Shown here: positions 38,331-51,805 of the stretch, piece by piece
Numbering within the stretch: position 1 is the first letter of the stretch
Layout of the letters: the number at the start of each line of letters is the position of its first letter
Assembly: GCA_021613535.1 (NCBI GenBank)
Contig: CP075492.1
Location: forward strand, 19,282,001 to 19,346,000
Direction of reading: 5' to 3'
Source of the DNA: Adineta vaga
Lineage: Eukaryota > Animalia > Rotifera
Length of the DNA stretch: 64,000 nucleotides
Made by a program: the position numbers and the translations under genes
Notes under the pieces: generated by a model
The model's input: only the letters and a program-made list of their open reading frames with translations
The model's database searches: none
What the model was told of the DNA's origin: nothing

Positions 38331-39825
38331 TATTTTCTGATGGTTTTGAATTCATTGTTTTACTAATTGAATAGCCACGTTATGTATGATTTACTAGAAG
38401 CGAAAAAAACACTTTAGACTTAATACTTTTAGTTCGAAAGTTAAAGGTGTTTTATCAAATTTGAAACGTCGAAGAATTTTAGTGAACTATTTTCATCAAT
38501 TTAGTGTATTCTAGTCACACTTCCACTAATAAGAATTAATTGAATGTTGAAAATAAAAGCTGTTAGCGAAATCACTGCAGAATTAAAATGTGAAACACGA
38601 TAGAGCTGCCGATATACTAGAAAAGCGTGTCAAATATATCTGATGATCTTCGACTCTCGTTGATAAGGTTTTTAGGAGAAGAGGGCCGAGAATGAATAAA
38701 TTTATATTGCTATACACTTCAATACACTCTTTTAGGTCGTGTTTCATAAAAGTCAATTCATATTTTTTTGTTCTTACGATTCAACATAAACGTCATTCAA
38801 CCGATTCCGAATGAAAAAGTCGATTAAAATATCTTATACACAAATACTAGAATTTTTTTCAGAACAAAAAAGCACTTAACATTCTTCATTTCGTAGTATC
38901 CTGACTGAATCTATATTACCTATATTCATCTTCCTAACATAGATACACATCCACCAGCTTTATAGTATTGTCAAAAAGAAAAAAACAACAACAGGCTCAC
39001 TCTAATGCAACAAAAGCCGTTTGTATATCAGCAGTATCTACAGATAAATCTACCTTTTTGAAAATAAAAAAAAAACGAAAAAGGAAAGAAAAGAAATGAT
39101 AAGAGACTTGTGTAAACTGCAAGAAACAGGCGTGATATCGAACAGAGGAAAGCTACAAATGAAAGGATCAAATTTACTTCAGTGGCGATTAATTTCTTAT
39201 TTCCAATTTGATCATTGGTAAAACTTCTGTTTCAAAATCGGTCATAATCACTTTAGGATAAAAAAGAAGGTGTGTATGAATTTCCTCACCTGTCCCACTC
39301 ACACTCTTTAAAAAAGATGCAACTTTCCAATTATTTATGACGATATTTCTTGAGAGTGTAGGTGTCTTTACGTCTTCCTTGGGAAGTTATCATCATGGTA
39401 ATGGCACTGCTACTTATAATGAAATATTTTTTTAAAAAAAAGGTGAATGATGTTCTTACAAATCTATCTATTTCATTTTGTCTGTACGTGCAGACTTTGA
39501 CAATCATGAAAATTAAATAAAAACCAGATGTTACAATATTTGATGAAAAAAGGGAATAGTATAAATTAGGCAACATCATTATCATTAGTTTTTGAAAAAT
39601 ATCCAAAAAAAATCAAAGTTTCAATGCTTGCACCGCATTTCGTACCACTACAGCGAAAGTGGTGTGCCATCTAGTTCTTTTCTTCTGTCAATGCTGTTGG
39701 ACAAGAGCATTACGTGAGTACTGCCATAAACTCGCTAGATAATTTCATTTTTGACCATCATTATCAAAATGCTCGACATAAAAATAAGTGACGAAGAACA
39801 AGTTAGATATAGTGAACCAGTATGA

Positions 39826-41290
39826 CTAGGATAAATCGAAAATTTCACCATGTTTAACTACAATAAATGATGACGGATCGAGTTGATTGATTTTAACTGC
39901 TTGAGAAAGTTTCTCAGGTGGTTCCATAAAATATTCATCTGTCAAGGCCCATGTACCCCAATGAATACCAATTGATTTTTTCGATTGCACATCAATATGT
40001 ATTTGAACAGCTTCACTTGGTGACACATGTTGAGCTGCCATCATCCATTGAGGTTCGTAAGCACCAATTGGTATAGCACTTAAATCGAATGGACCATATT
40101 TTTTGCCGATTTCTCGAAAAATGGAAATATTATGAGTATAACCTGTGTCGCCAGCAAAGTAAAATCTGTGTGTAGCATCCGAAATCGCGTAACCACCCCA
40201 CAAAGATTTATTCTGATCGAATGCAGTCCGACGACTCCTAGAATAAACGATCTCTCGTTGCTACGAAAAAAAAAGGAACAATGAATATTATTACCAATGT
40301 TGAGCTGGACAAAAAGCAATGTTCACTCCTTTTTTCTAAAATAAAAATAAAAAATAAATATTTGAAAAACTTTTCCAAATCACTACTCATCTCTTACCGC
40401 AAAATGATACTCTTCCCACCAATCGAGTTCGACAACATTTTGTACATGACTATCGAGAAACCATTGCCGAGTTCCTCGACCACAGAACCAAGTTAGTCGT
40501 TTTCCATAACGTGCATTTAAACTTTTTACACTTGGATAATCGAGATGATCAAAATGATTATGTGAAATAAATATAGCATCGAGATCTTCAGGTAGATCAT
40601 TGGTTGTTAATGCTGGTGGACGGAAACGTTTCGGTCCGATAAATGATGTTATACCGCATCGTTCACTAAAATCATTCAATTTGTTTTCCCAAAAGAACAA
40701 GAGAGAGAAGAAGAAGAAGCATCTACCTGAAAACCGGATCGACGAGAAATCGAAAATTATTCATTTGAACAAAACATGAAGCATGTCCAATCCAGTTAAA
40801 TCGTAGACCGGGTGTTGTTCGATATAGTTCTTCAGGTTTCTCATATCGAATAATAGGTAAAAATTTATCAAGTTCTTCTATAGTCTTTGGCAATCGTGTG
40901 TTCACTTGTGTAGTGAGCTTCCACCACAAAACAGCTCCCAGACTGGGAAATTTGTATTCGGGATTGAATGAATTAACGTAACGACCATTTTCCATTCGAG
41001 ACTTGACGAATTCATCTGAAGACTTATACGTCGTTGAGGGTATTGGTGCTACAAATAAAATCCTAGTGATGCGACGACGTGTAACAGAATTCTTAAATTT
41101 CCTGGCGTCTCTAACTTTTCAGACCTTTAGTTTTACTCAAATACAGCACACAAGTGTTCTGACATAAGGACACTTTTTTCGCCTATGGAATAACATCAAG
41201 TAATCGCATTGACACAATATACTTACGAACAAGAGCAGTCAGAACCATGACAAGTAGAATGACAGCAACGATAGCACCACAACATATAAC
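39826..41290 (-). CDS. NAPEPLD: N-acyl-phosphatidylethanolamine phospholipase D (metallo-beta-lactamase fold); multi-exon, 5' end uncertain
   Basis: WIGHAS, LVDPVFS, ISHNHFDHLD, ELDWWE, QHW, FYFAGDTGY, PIGAYEP, IHWGT across GT-AG spliced exons. Confidence 0.92.
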
Positions 41291-41689
41291 TAGAAAATTT
41301 GTGTAAAATAATATCAGTCAAAAACCCAGTGTAGCTAAATATATGTTTATCTATGACTAAATACTTCTATATATTTTTAATGTTTGTATTCATGTCCAGC
41401 CAGCTATATATCTAGTAATAAGTGTTTACATATCTGTGTCTATATAAAGTCATTGCCTAAATCAGATCGAAAGTGAGGAGCAAATCATTTTTTCTTCCGA
41501 CAAAATGTTAAAGATCATAGGGACATTATTTAATTCTTTTTTTAAACGACGACTTTGAGAGGAGTTTTATGAACTATTTTCAGCCATGAAAAACCAGAGA
41601 TTTCGTGCACTCATTCGATTTCCAACAGTATATATACCAAAAGGTCCACAAACTTTCAAAGAATTAGTTCAATACCTTTTCTTTTCTTA

Positions 41690-41940
41690 TTAGATGATGT
41701 TGTAGTTCGATTGTATCCTAAAGTGAAAAATAAAAGTATAAAAATTGATTTTGTTAAACGTTTCAAGTATTTAGGAGTTGATAGAATAATAAGATCCGAA
41801 TGGAGGATTTATATTCAAAATCTTTTAAAGAAAATAACTATTTCTCTTATTGAACTAAGAAGAAAGTTGTTTTTTTGCTTATGCTCTTCTGTCTGTAATA
41901 TGGTTTTTCATACAGAATTTCAGTAAAAGTTGATCGAACA
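41690..41940 (+). mobile_element. Degenerate non-LTR retrotransposon RT fragment
   Basis: VKRFKYLGV thumb-region motif followed by LRRKLF; no intact ORF. Confidence 0.45.
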
Positions 41941-43035
41941 TATAAACTTAATCTATAGAATGACCATAGATATCCGTAAAAGTAACAAAGTTTTGAAATG
42001 GTTATTTATAAGAGCACCACAATCGAAAATTGATCTTTTAAGTTTTTATATATAAATACCTGATGGAATCAGGTTAATCATTGTAAAGAATCGTATCAAA
42101 TGCAATGAAATTCAATCGATATATTATTGTAAATTTTTGTTCTCTTTCGTATCCTATTTGCAGCTGTTACCATGATCAACTAACCTTTCTTTATCCTCTC
42201 TATTTTCCATTCTATTCTTCTCTACAATATATGATGTCGCTAGTTCACATACACTCGACGATGTAGTCTGTGTTTTTCTCTTTCCCATCATCCTATTATT
42301 AGTATGATTTTGCATTGTTCACCATAGAATATAATGACAATAATAAAAAGATGAGAAAGAAATAGACACAAATAGTATGTTATTGCTATCAATAGAAGTA
42401 CTCTGAAAATGCTTGGAAATATTATGCAGAAACAAAAGAAAAGACTTTATCAATTGCCTTAAAATGCAAAATGAGTTTAGTTCTTATTGAAGATTAAGTT
42501 TGTGTTTCTTTTAGAACGTTAAATGAAGTTGACATTTGTCTTTGCTATGAGAAGAACTTGTGAAAAAAAAATATCTCCTTCTAGTAACTTAATGCTATCG
42601 AGTGCTCGTTTACAGGCGACTTGTTCGACTAAAGGGTAAGATAAATATAACATCCACATCCTCATATATTTGAAATGCTTATTCATCAATTTCTATGAGT
42701 TAGTACTATCTTAATTATCGGACACTAAAATGAAAATATTTATGAACAGAACAGATTAATAATTAATAGGAGTAACGTAAATAGATATCCCTACGATTCT
42801 CTATTAATGATTAAAAGTTTTTTTTTAGTTATGCTTTTACGTTTCTTCTTACGACCCTTCAAATTCCTCTTTGAGCAGAAAAATCATCGAGAGCAAAGAA
42901 AACAAAGCAAAATACAAATAAAATGTTGAAAAAAACCTACAAAAAAAAAAACGTTTATTTCCCAGTTGTATCAAAAGCGCAACATATATAGAGAAGTTTC
43001 ATTTTCTTATTGCACAAAAGAAAAGATTTTCTAAT

Positions 43036-43599
43036 ATGGCTCTTGCACCACACGTTATTGCTTACATAAATAATGCATTTCCAAATGCTGTACCTTTCCT
43101 GGAACAAATCATATCAAAATATACTCATGAATTGGTTTTAGCCAGCGCTGTTGGTCTCACAGTTGTCTGGGAAAGAATATACGATTATTTGTATGAGCAA
43201 GATCCCGAGAGAATTACTATCACATCGGCAAGTGAACCAGTTCCCGCATCAGCATTATCGACGTCTGGTTCACATAATAATATACCTAATGGATATAGTG
43301 ATAATGACAAGAAAGCGCTTGAATGGATTCTAGAAAATGCAACTAAAAATGAACCCAAAGGATCGTTACAACAATATCGCAAAAATGGTACTTATGAAGA
43401 TGCCATGAAAGACTTTGAAAAACTTTCTGGCAACACGGAACATAAGGGAAATAACGTTTGGGTAAAAAACTTACCTAACCGAAAAACTGCAATACTACGC
43501 ATAAACAGTACATATGAAGGAGCAAATGCTACATTGGAAATTCAAAAGCCAAATACGAAAGAAGTTACAATACCAATAATGAAAATTCGGTATTTGTGA
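43036..43599 (+). CDS. Intronless protein with a C-terminal domain resembling bacterial polymorphic-toxin nuclease tips
   Basis: QYRKNGTYEDAMKDFEKL..LPNRKTAILR..S..ATLEIQ..KIRY; ATG start, TATA-like atatata upstream, AATAAA at the stop. Confidence 0.6.
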   Translation: MALAPHVIAYINNAFPNAVPFLEQIISKYTHELVLASAVGLTVVWERIYDYLYEQDPERITITSASEPVPASALSTSGSHNNIPNGYSDNDKKALEWILENATKNEPKGSLQQYRKNGTYEDAMKDFEKLSGNTEHKGNNVWVKNLPNRKTAILRINSTYEGANATLEIQKPNTKEVTIPIMKIRYL

Positions 43600-44589
43600 A
43601 TAAACCTGTTTTAAGATGATTCTGTCATAAAAATATAGACTTGTCAATTCGTCGTCTCTTTTTTTTCATCTATTTCTACATGTTTCATCTTAAATGTGTG
43701 AGATGTGAGTGGTGAAGGAGAGAATATTTAATTACATCCTTCACTATGCTGAAACGCACTTTTTCGACATAGAATTATAATTTTGATTTAAAATAAACTC
43801 AGTTAACTGCGCAGTTTTCTATACATCACAAACTTTCCAATGTTCTGTTTGCGTGGAAGTAAGTTTTCTATTTACAGATACCTTCCTTTTTTTTTGAGTA
43901 AATACTGAAATCAACTTCGTGATTGTACTATCGTATGTAACCAAACGTGACGAAGATCGAAACAAATTATTATTTATATAACAATGATGTCGACTTCTGC
44001 TGTTTCGTCTTGCATTTTCTTGCAGAAGATAACAAATTGGAATATGAAGAACATTGGAATCCAAATTGACCGGATTCCGCTCCTTCCCCCTTGAAAAAAA
44101 TGCGTAGTAGTCTAAATCTACAATAACAACAATGAATAGATTTCTATGAATAACAGCGAAACAATCGATCGAGTTCTTGTCGATTCCGAAATTCCTGGGA
44201 ATCCCGTCTGTATCGAGTGGATCTATTTATTGTAGCAGTGACGAAATTCCGGGAATTGATGGGAACTGATTTCTAGGCCGGAAGTGATTCCGCAATGTTC
44301 AACATCGCGGAATAGGAAGTATTCTCCCTTAGGAAGAAGCAGAACGAGAAAATGTAGATGTAATCTCTCTCTTAAAGAAGAGCAATGATTGTTTTTATTT
44401 TACAAAACAAACAATAAACTTGAATAATAGAAGAATTTTATTAACATTTGTACACGTTTATGTGTATTCTTTGTCTTTACCTTCTCTCCGAGAAAAAACC
44501 ATCCGTACGAGATACATGACTGATGATCGAATATGAACGAGTAAATTCAGATAACATAGCTTATGTCTGGAGATTCAATCAGACTACAA

Positions 44590-44653
44590 TTGAGGGTGAC
44601 GGTGTGGGTGAGATTGTATGGACTGGAGTATCTCTCTTTTATTCACACCCTCA
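44590..44653. repeat. GT/CA hairpin element
   Basis: ttgagggtgacggtgtgggtgag...ttcacaccctca. Confidence 0.8.
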
Positions 44654-44708
44654 GAACATATTGAATGATGACTATCTAATCTATAGATGAAACGTGTCGT
44701 AAGGTGCT

Positions 44709-45651
44709 TTGAATGTTTTCTTGTTAAACTCATCCACATCCTCAATATAAAAATACAAATGTCTGATTTATTTTTCGAAAAGATATTCAATCACAATGGT
44801 TAATATTCACAGTGTATATTTTTGAGTATACAAACGAACGTGTTGATCGTATTTATTGCGATCATGGAGATAAAGTCGAGCCGCTTCTTTGTTACCGACC
44901 ATTGACACATCTGTATCAGGTGACGTAAGAAGTGATTGAATTGATAAAAAGGTTTTTTCGATCGTATACACTGGAGTCCATGCATCGTAGAGTATATTCA
45001 AATAAATTGCTCCATCTTCACGAATATTTGGATGAAAAATTCTTGTTAAAAATTTTATTTTGGGTGGTTTGAAAGGATACTCAGTGGCAAATTGTACATC
45101 GAGGAAATACATACCATCTTCGAAAGGACTATCAATTGGACCACGTATAGATGCTTGATAGTGGTCTGGATCGTCAGCACTTATCAGAGTTATAGAAAAT
45201 TTTGTTGTTTCAGCATTTTTTTCTAAGGAAAGGATTTGCTTGTCAAGCACTTTCTGTCTAAAAACCATTTTATCTATAGAAGAAAATACAATCGTTAATA
45301 ATCAAGCCTAATAATTCAACAACGTCACAATAATCTCTTTATATAAATTTTTATCATTTCTGCTTTCATAATATCGACTATAATATTTAAAAAAATTCAA
45401 ATTGGAATTTTCTACATTACGCACTCGTCAAAGCTTCGCAACTGCATTGCACCATCTATTCACAATATCACTCACCTATTGAATCGCACATAGCAAAAGT
45501 TATATTTACTTAGTAACATCCACGTGCATAACGTTCCTTCGTTTTTTTTGTAATGATGGTGAAATATAACAGAATTATTCTTGCGTTGATTTATATCATA
45601 TAGAAAACTTTTGCCGTTTGAGAAATTCTTTAGTTTGAACAAAATCTAGAT
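44709..45651. repeat. Copy 2 of the direct duplication containing the E2 variant
   Basis: Matches 25963-26920. Confidence 0.95.
44807..45268 (-). CDS. E2 variant, second copy, also Cys>Tyr
   Basis: 153 aa, near-identical to 26061-26522; FHPNIREDGAIYLNIL. Confidence 0.9.
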   Translation of the reverse strand: MVFRQKVLDKQILSLEKNAETTKFSITLISADDPDHYQASIRGPIDSPFEDGMYFLDVQFATEYPFKPPKIKFLTRIFHPNIREDGAIYLNILYDAWTPVYTIEKTFLSIQSLLTSPDTDVSMVGNKEAARLYLHDRNKYDQHVRLYTQKYTL

Positions 45652-45944
45652 CATGATGGCTATTAAACATTACTTAATACTATTTTAATTCAATTGAGAT
45701 AAATTGAAAGACTCATTAAATCAGTAGCACTTCGAATTCAAATAATGTTTAGAGAATTTAGAAATTATCTTCTGTTGAATTTACTTTTTGTGTACTCAAA
45801 AAATGAGTACACTACTAAAATCGGTCAGTATGTCCGTCCGGCCGTTTATTCGATAACTCTCTAAAAATACAAGCAACTGAGCACTAGTTTTTTTGCGCAG
45901 CATTGTCTCATCAATATCTCGGTCGAGAGAAGAAGATGAGAAGG

Positions 45945-46017
45945 ATCGGGGTGTGGGTGTGGGTGTGGGTGTGAGATGTGGATCATGCTATACTCTTAAC
46001 CCACATGCACCCGCGAG
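45945..46017. repeat. GT/CA hairpin element
   Basis: atcggggtgtgggtgtgggtgtgggtgtgag...gctatactcttaacccacatgcacccgcgag. Confidence 0.85.
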
Positions 46018-46363
46018 GTTTCTGAGAAAAAAGTTTTTTCTTCATTCTTTATTTTATAAAATAAAGATAAAATAACGTCCATAATTTCTCATTCAAGGAG
46101 AATAGTTATTGTTTAAGAGATAAGAATTTATCTCACACTGGTAAAATCAATAAAACGTAAAGTTAATCGAAAGACATGTATATAAATATCAACTCTTTCG
46201 ACTCTCTTTTTTTATAATCATTTTAATTCACAAAATCATAAATCAGTTGTTTCCACTTATTTTTGGTACATTTTTCTTTTTATATTCAGAAAGAAGTGAT
46301 GTAACACAATCTCGAATCATTGTAGAAATTTTTTAAATATCTCTTTAGAATCAAATAGTAAAC

Positions 46364-47256
46364 ATGGAACGTACTTTTGAATATTACGAACTCAAGAATT
46401 TTATTATTCATTTTGGAATACTTGCACTCATTCTCATAGTTATAACAATTTTATGCTTTAAATATCAAACAAAATTTTCGCATTTGACGGAACAAATTCT
46501 TAATATGCAGTATAACTTGACCGATGATAAAAAGAATTTCAAATCCATGACTTTTTATGACGACACTTATGAATTGCAGAAAACTAACCGATGTGTTTCA
46601 TTACTACTTCCCGTCTGTTTCATAATTATGATTAGTATGACAATTTCAGCAGCATTGATTACGGTAGTTAATGGTATGTTTTTAATTGTTGTTTATCTTC
46701 CTGCAAATAAAAAATGTCCAAATTATGGAGATATGGATTGTTATTCATTATCGCTCAATCATAGTTACTTTTTTTGTAACTCATCCGATATCACAATTCC
46801 TGAATCGTTTGGTAGAGTCAATTGGTTGAGAACAATTTATCGACTCTTTCAATTCTTGAACATATTGGAATATGTACAGGACTTTTTCAAGCCTTAGTAT
46901 GGATAATCAAGTTATACTTACAAATAACGTATAAGTGTCTTCAAGTCTCTGAGGAACTAACACGCAATTGTTGTGTCTGTTTAAAAGGCGCATTCGCTAC
47001 TTGTCTTCTATTCTTACCAATTCTATCTTTAATAATTCTTACTTCAGTCTTTAGAACTCGTGAAGTTGTTATTACAGGATTGACGATGGCTGTTCTGAGC
47101 TGTGCAGCGGGCATTGCGATTTCAATCGGACTTATGATGATTTTATTGCTTTGCGGTATTGGTATGGGTAATAAAATAAGTAATGCACCAGGATCTTCTA
47201 ATGGTACGACATCTTCAAATTCGAAGCAATTGCCTGTCATTAATAAGACAATTTAA
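46364..47256 (+). pseudogene. Multi-pass membrane protein with Cys-rich loop; frameshift near 46825
   Basis: Two overlapping hydrophobic ORFs (46364-46897, 46822-47256); no obvious intron to reconcile them. Confidence 0.5.
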
Positions 47257-47451
47257 TATCAATTATGAACTTATATCAGTGAAAAGACATGAACAATTTC
47301 AAATTTGATAAATTGATGCAAAATTAATAGCTTTCCTTTAAACTTGCGTTATGTTGTTTAGATGTTTTTCTTTTTCCTTCTAATGAATATCTTTTGTTTG
47401 GTATAAGTATAGAAATGTATGACTTCCCTGAAATTTTTGTTTATTAACATG

Positions 47452-47517
47452 ATTTGAGAGTTTGGCTGTGGGTGTTCAGTCTTCATCCACATTCACACCC
47501 ACACACAGCCTACAGAT
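47452..47517. repeat. GT/CA hairpin element (degenerate)
   Basis: atttgagagtttggctgtgggtgt...acacccacacacagcctacagat. Confidence 0.7.
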
Positions 47518-47691
47518 GCTGCTCATTCTCGATAAAGAATCTCAATGGCATCTGAATCAACCATATATATTAAAGCAATATCACGAATCAAAAGATAAAC
47601 AACAAACATTGTAAATCAGTTTTCACAGTCTCTGAGTAACGTACTTTACTATACACACTTGCTGTGTTTTAAAGCACCTGATGTACGTATG

Positions 47692-48722
47692 TCATCCGAG
47701 AATCATTCGAATCAATAATTTGATTCTTTGGGCGAAGATTGAACGAAAATGTTTACTTGATAATGTGTAAATATAGAATGATTTAGCATAATTAGCGTAG
47801 AAGATAAGATTTATGATTGATTCAACGAGGATGCTCACGTGTTGATCATCATGGAGAGGTGCTGGTTTGAAAGAATAATACACATAAGGAATTAGATATG
47901 TAAAATTTAATGTTGAGGTTACTCCTACTTGAATAAGCATCATCTATAAGTATCGAAATATGACACAGAAAATTACTAAATTAACTACAAAAGAAATCTG
48001 ATTTAGATCGATCGATAACTTACTGCAATCAATTGCCTATCTGTTTTTTGCTTATTGCGTTGACGTTGATTTCCAGTGGCAGCAATCGTTTTTATCTGTC
48101 CCCTTATCAGCTTTTTTGATCGTCTAATATTCAAGAAAGTAAGAGAACCAAACACTAACATCAACAAATGTGGAATCACGCCTAGCCAAGACACCGCAAA
48201 TATACTATCAAATATTTCATAAGCACCAGGCATTTTGCGACATTTTGGTCGTACAACATACCCAACAACAACAGGTGTACATGAAATGATAGCGATGCCA
48301 ATCGCTACTATTGTCGCTCGATACGCCATCTTAATTTGACTAAATGTGCGTAAATGAACATGCATAGACGATGACATATATCGATCGATTGATGATAGTA
48401 GAACCAGGTAAATAGCAATCAAAGGAGTAGCATGAGCAACAAAGGAACGAATTTGACAAAATATCTGATTGGTGTTCCACAAAGTACTGCGAAAAAATTC
48501 GAACGAATATGCGGAAAGGAGTCCAAAAGTGATCGTGATGAACTCGAATAAAGTTGAAATGAGAAGGTAGAAGGCACATGAGTTACTCCTTAGTTGAGGC
48601 GCAGTAAATGTTATGAGATTACAGATGGAACTAATAGTACCGATGACTATGATAATCAAGGAGCCATAGTATCGAATTTCAGAAGTGAGGATTTGAGTGT
48701 GAGACAAAATCGTTGTGTTCAT
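47692..48722 (-). CDS. Class A 7TM GPCR, intron 47944-48023
   Basis: SNSCAFYLL, SSIDRY, DRQLIA/MMLIQV joined in frame, SFYIYTLSSKHFR. Confidence 0.88.
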
Positions 48723-49443
48723 TTTGTTGCGAGTACGGATTCTTTTCAAAAGTTTCTCACAATGACTAATATGACTAAACTGATGCTGTGGCAACGTTGT
48801 CAGATAAGTCTACGGTGATTATATTAATACTTCAATTCTGTATGTGACAGTTTATAGATCAGATTTCTCGCTACTTTCTTTTTCTCATTTGAAAAAATAT
48901 CTATTTGCACGAAGGAAATTATAATATCGTCATGGGTGTCACTAACACTACGTGTTTCTTCTATTAAACACGTTCAAATAGTCAATAAAGCTTCTGATGA
49001 TCATTGTTTTGATTAGTGGAGTGAGTATTAAAGAAGAATTTCGACAATAAAATGTATATTAGTCAAATAAATAATGAAGGAACAGGCATTAACATGGATG
49101 TCAATGATAAACTAATCATTTCGTGCATTTATAATTCATGCAGTCGATTTTTCAGACTATCAATTATTTTTACTTGCTTTTTGGACTGCGCGTGTAATGC
49201 TTCAATAAGAAGATATTTTTACCTTTTTGAACAATTAGAATTAGACGTAATTGTGGGGATTATAAAACGTGTGCAACAGCGACAATATGGGTGTGAGTGT
49301 AAGGTACGCGTATCTTATATTTAATCTCACTGTTTCAGCCATAATCTCGAAAATGAAAAACAAGAAAGCAAAGCATACATTTGTCTAGGTGTGTCTTGTT
49401 CTGATGTACTGTAAAAAAAAGCGCAGAATAAAATACCTTTTAA

Positions 49444-49641
49444 AGGTTTATGGAAGTGCAACGTATAACAAACCCTTTTCTCCCGTTTATGATATTTGCA
49501 TAAACTGTGGAATAAACGCTTTGCAAAAGAAATATGGAAACGTTTATGAAAATCAAAAAACCTTAATAAAGGGTTTATTACAGCGTTTATATTATCATTA
49601 AACCCTTAAAGGGATTGTTATACGTTGCACTTTCAAAAACC
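49444..49641. repeat. MITE-like inverted repeat
   Basis: aggtttatggaagtgcaacgtataacaaacccttt versus aaagggattgttatacgttgcactttcaaaaacc. Confidence 0.6.
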
Positions 49642-50181
49642 CACTAGAACCGTTTATGAATCACAATAGACCATATAGTAAAGTCTGCAAACAATCCGAT
49701 TTGAAGGGTATTTGACGAACATATACCCGATTATTTCGATTAAAAAAAACATTTATGACAGGTTTTATCATTATCATCAACTCCACAAAGGATTGATAAA
49801 ACCGTATATTATCAAGTATATTAACCATAAACATAAGGCATCAGGTAGATGAAATCGTAGAATAATGGGTATATTCAGATGAGAAGTATCTTTGAGGGTA
49901 GATGAATTTTTAGAAGAATGGATAGGTTCTTCCGAATAATACTGTGTCTAGAACTCGAATCAATCGCAGCACGGGACCGACCTCGTATTGTATCAACAAG
50001 GAGGAAAAAATAGTATTATGTGAGGTGCTCAATAAAGATGAGGAACTGTTATAAGACCTAAGAATGCTACTATCAGTGAATGATAAAACGTATTGAATAC
50101 CATGTTGTTTAGGAAGAAGAAATTCACAAAGATCGTGACGATGTATAATGAAAGACGTAGACCTCAATAGGAAAACGAGAT

Positions 50182-50245
50182 CCATCTTGAGGGTGTGGAT
50201 CTTACTGTATCTTCAGTCATACGCTCACCCACACGCTCAAGATGG
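50182..50245. repeat. GT/CA hairpin element (closest to consensus ends)
   Basis: ccatcttgagggtgtgg...ccacacgctcaagatgg, 16 of 17 terminal bases pair. Confidence 0.92.
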
Positions 50246-51361
50246 TATAGCTTTTTGTACACGAAAGGCGATATTTTAAAAATATCTATGTTGTTAAATA
50301 ATATGTCAAAAGAGACGAAATCGGATGCGGTAGAGATCTGAAAGCATGCTGATCATTGTTTTGTACATTCGCATATTCGGTTGGTATTTCTATTTCTATA
50401 AGAAATAAAAAAATTTGTCAATTGTCACAAAAGCTAACAACGGGTGTCAATATGTTTTGTATATCTGTTTACGTAAAACAGAACAAAATGAATAAGTGCC
50501 CATCGATTTAGCCACTGCATACCTTTTCATACTTTCTTTTTAGCGTAATACACAAAGACACATTAGTCTTTCTTTAAGGCTGAAGTCAAAGAGCATAATT
50601 AAAATAACATTTCTATTCAAGATATTTCTATATGCTGATAGCAGTTTAGTCAAGACAAATATGATCAAATGTTGATTTATATCAATCAGTAGGATTTAGT
50701 ATGTACATTAATGCTATTATTCTTGATTGTTGGTTTTAAAATTGACAATGAGGTAAAACAGTATAGATTGAATCAATGAAAAGAAGAATAGTTTCCTGAG
50801 CAAAGAACTGGATTTGTATCGTTTGAATGAATTTCAATGAAATATCAAAGTTAATTTCTTCGTCTAGATCTTGAATGCTCATCAGAAAGCATTTCATTTC
50901 TTCATATACCATTGAAATTATCTTTCAAAATGATTCATAAAAGTAATATATACGAATTGCAAAACAAAAGAAGATAAGTTTCCTTCATTAATGATTATAT
51001 TTTTTTGCCGTTATAATTCTTTTATTCTTTCTTTCTTTTTGCATAAAAACGATACGATATGTGATACAATAAAATAAAAAATAAAATGTAGTTCGATTAC
51101 AAATATTCTATGCAATTTGTCTTCTCCAAAAAAAAAAGATTGCGAGTGGATGATTATAAAATATGAATAATTAGTCAAATTTCACTCGCACAGTGAACAT
51201 ACAACTTGGAAATCTTCAAAGTACATGTACTCATTTATTTGATGTTGGATTTTTCTTTTACCTTTCTTATCGTCAAGTCAGACGAATGACGTGTTGATAC
51301 AACATCACTTAAATAAGTCATCAATAAACACACGCAGTCTTCAGTTTCATTTCTCAACGAA

Positions 51362-51601
51362 ATGCGTGTCTTTGTGAAAAACCTCGACGACAACGTCTGT
51401 ACCATTGAGATCGAACAATCGGACAGTGTGAGAAGTGTTAAGAGAAAGATTGAAGAAAAGACAGGAATATCACCTTGGTTTCAGAAATTAATTCTTCAAG
51501 GTCAGCAACTTGATGAAGATAAACCAGTCAGTGACTATAATATGCAAGAAGGAAGTACAATCATCATCATTCATCGTGGTTCGTTGGAGCGTCCTTCTTA
51601 A
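51362..51601 (+). CDS. Single ubiquitin-like domain protein without C-terminal di-Gly
   Basis: MRVFVKNL..IEIEQSDSV..VKRKIEEKTGI..QKLI..GQQL..SDYN.QEGSTI; ends HRGSLERPS. Confidence 0.85.
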   Translation: MRVFVKNLDDNVCTIEIEQSDSVRSVKRKIEEKTGISPWFQKLILQGQQLDEDKPVSDYNMQEGSTIIIIHRGSLERPS

Positions 51602-51805
51602 TTGACAAAAAACTAAATCAAAAATCATTTTATATGCTTATTTTTTGAAAACTACTATTGTGTATATCCAAAAGTAATATCGGATGTACTTTATTTCCTT
51701 ATTATATGATACAAAATAAATTCCTTTCTTTACAGAATGCTATAGAAAATGAAGCTCTATTTTTCTATACTATTTGATCAATATTGAACTACTATCAAAA
51801 TTTTT

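Noticed and set aside
44060-44330. GGAAT/ATTCC-rich segment, and similar repeat-like patches at 24310-24500 and 62155-62340
   Set aside because: Probably transposon remnants, but I could not define termini or a second copy
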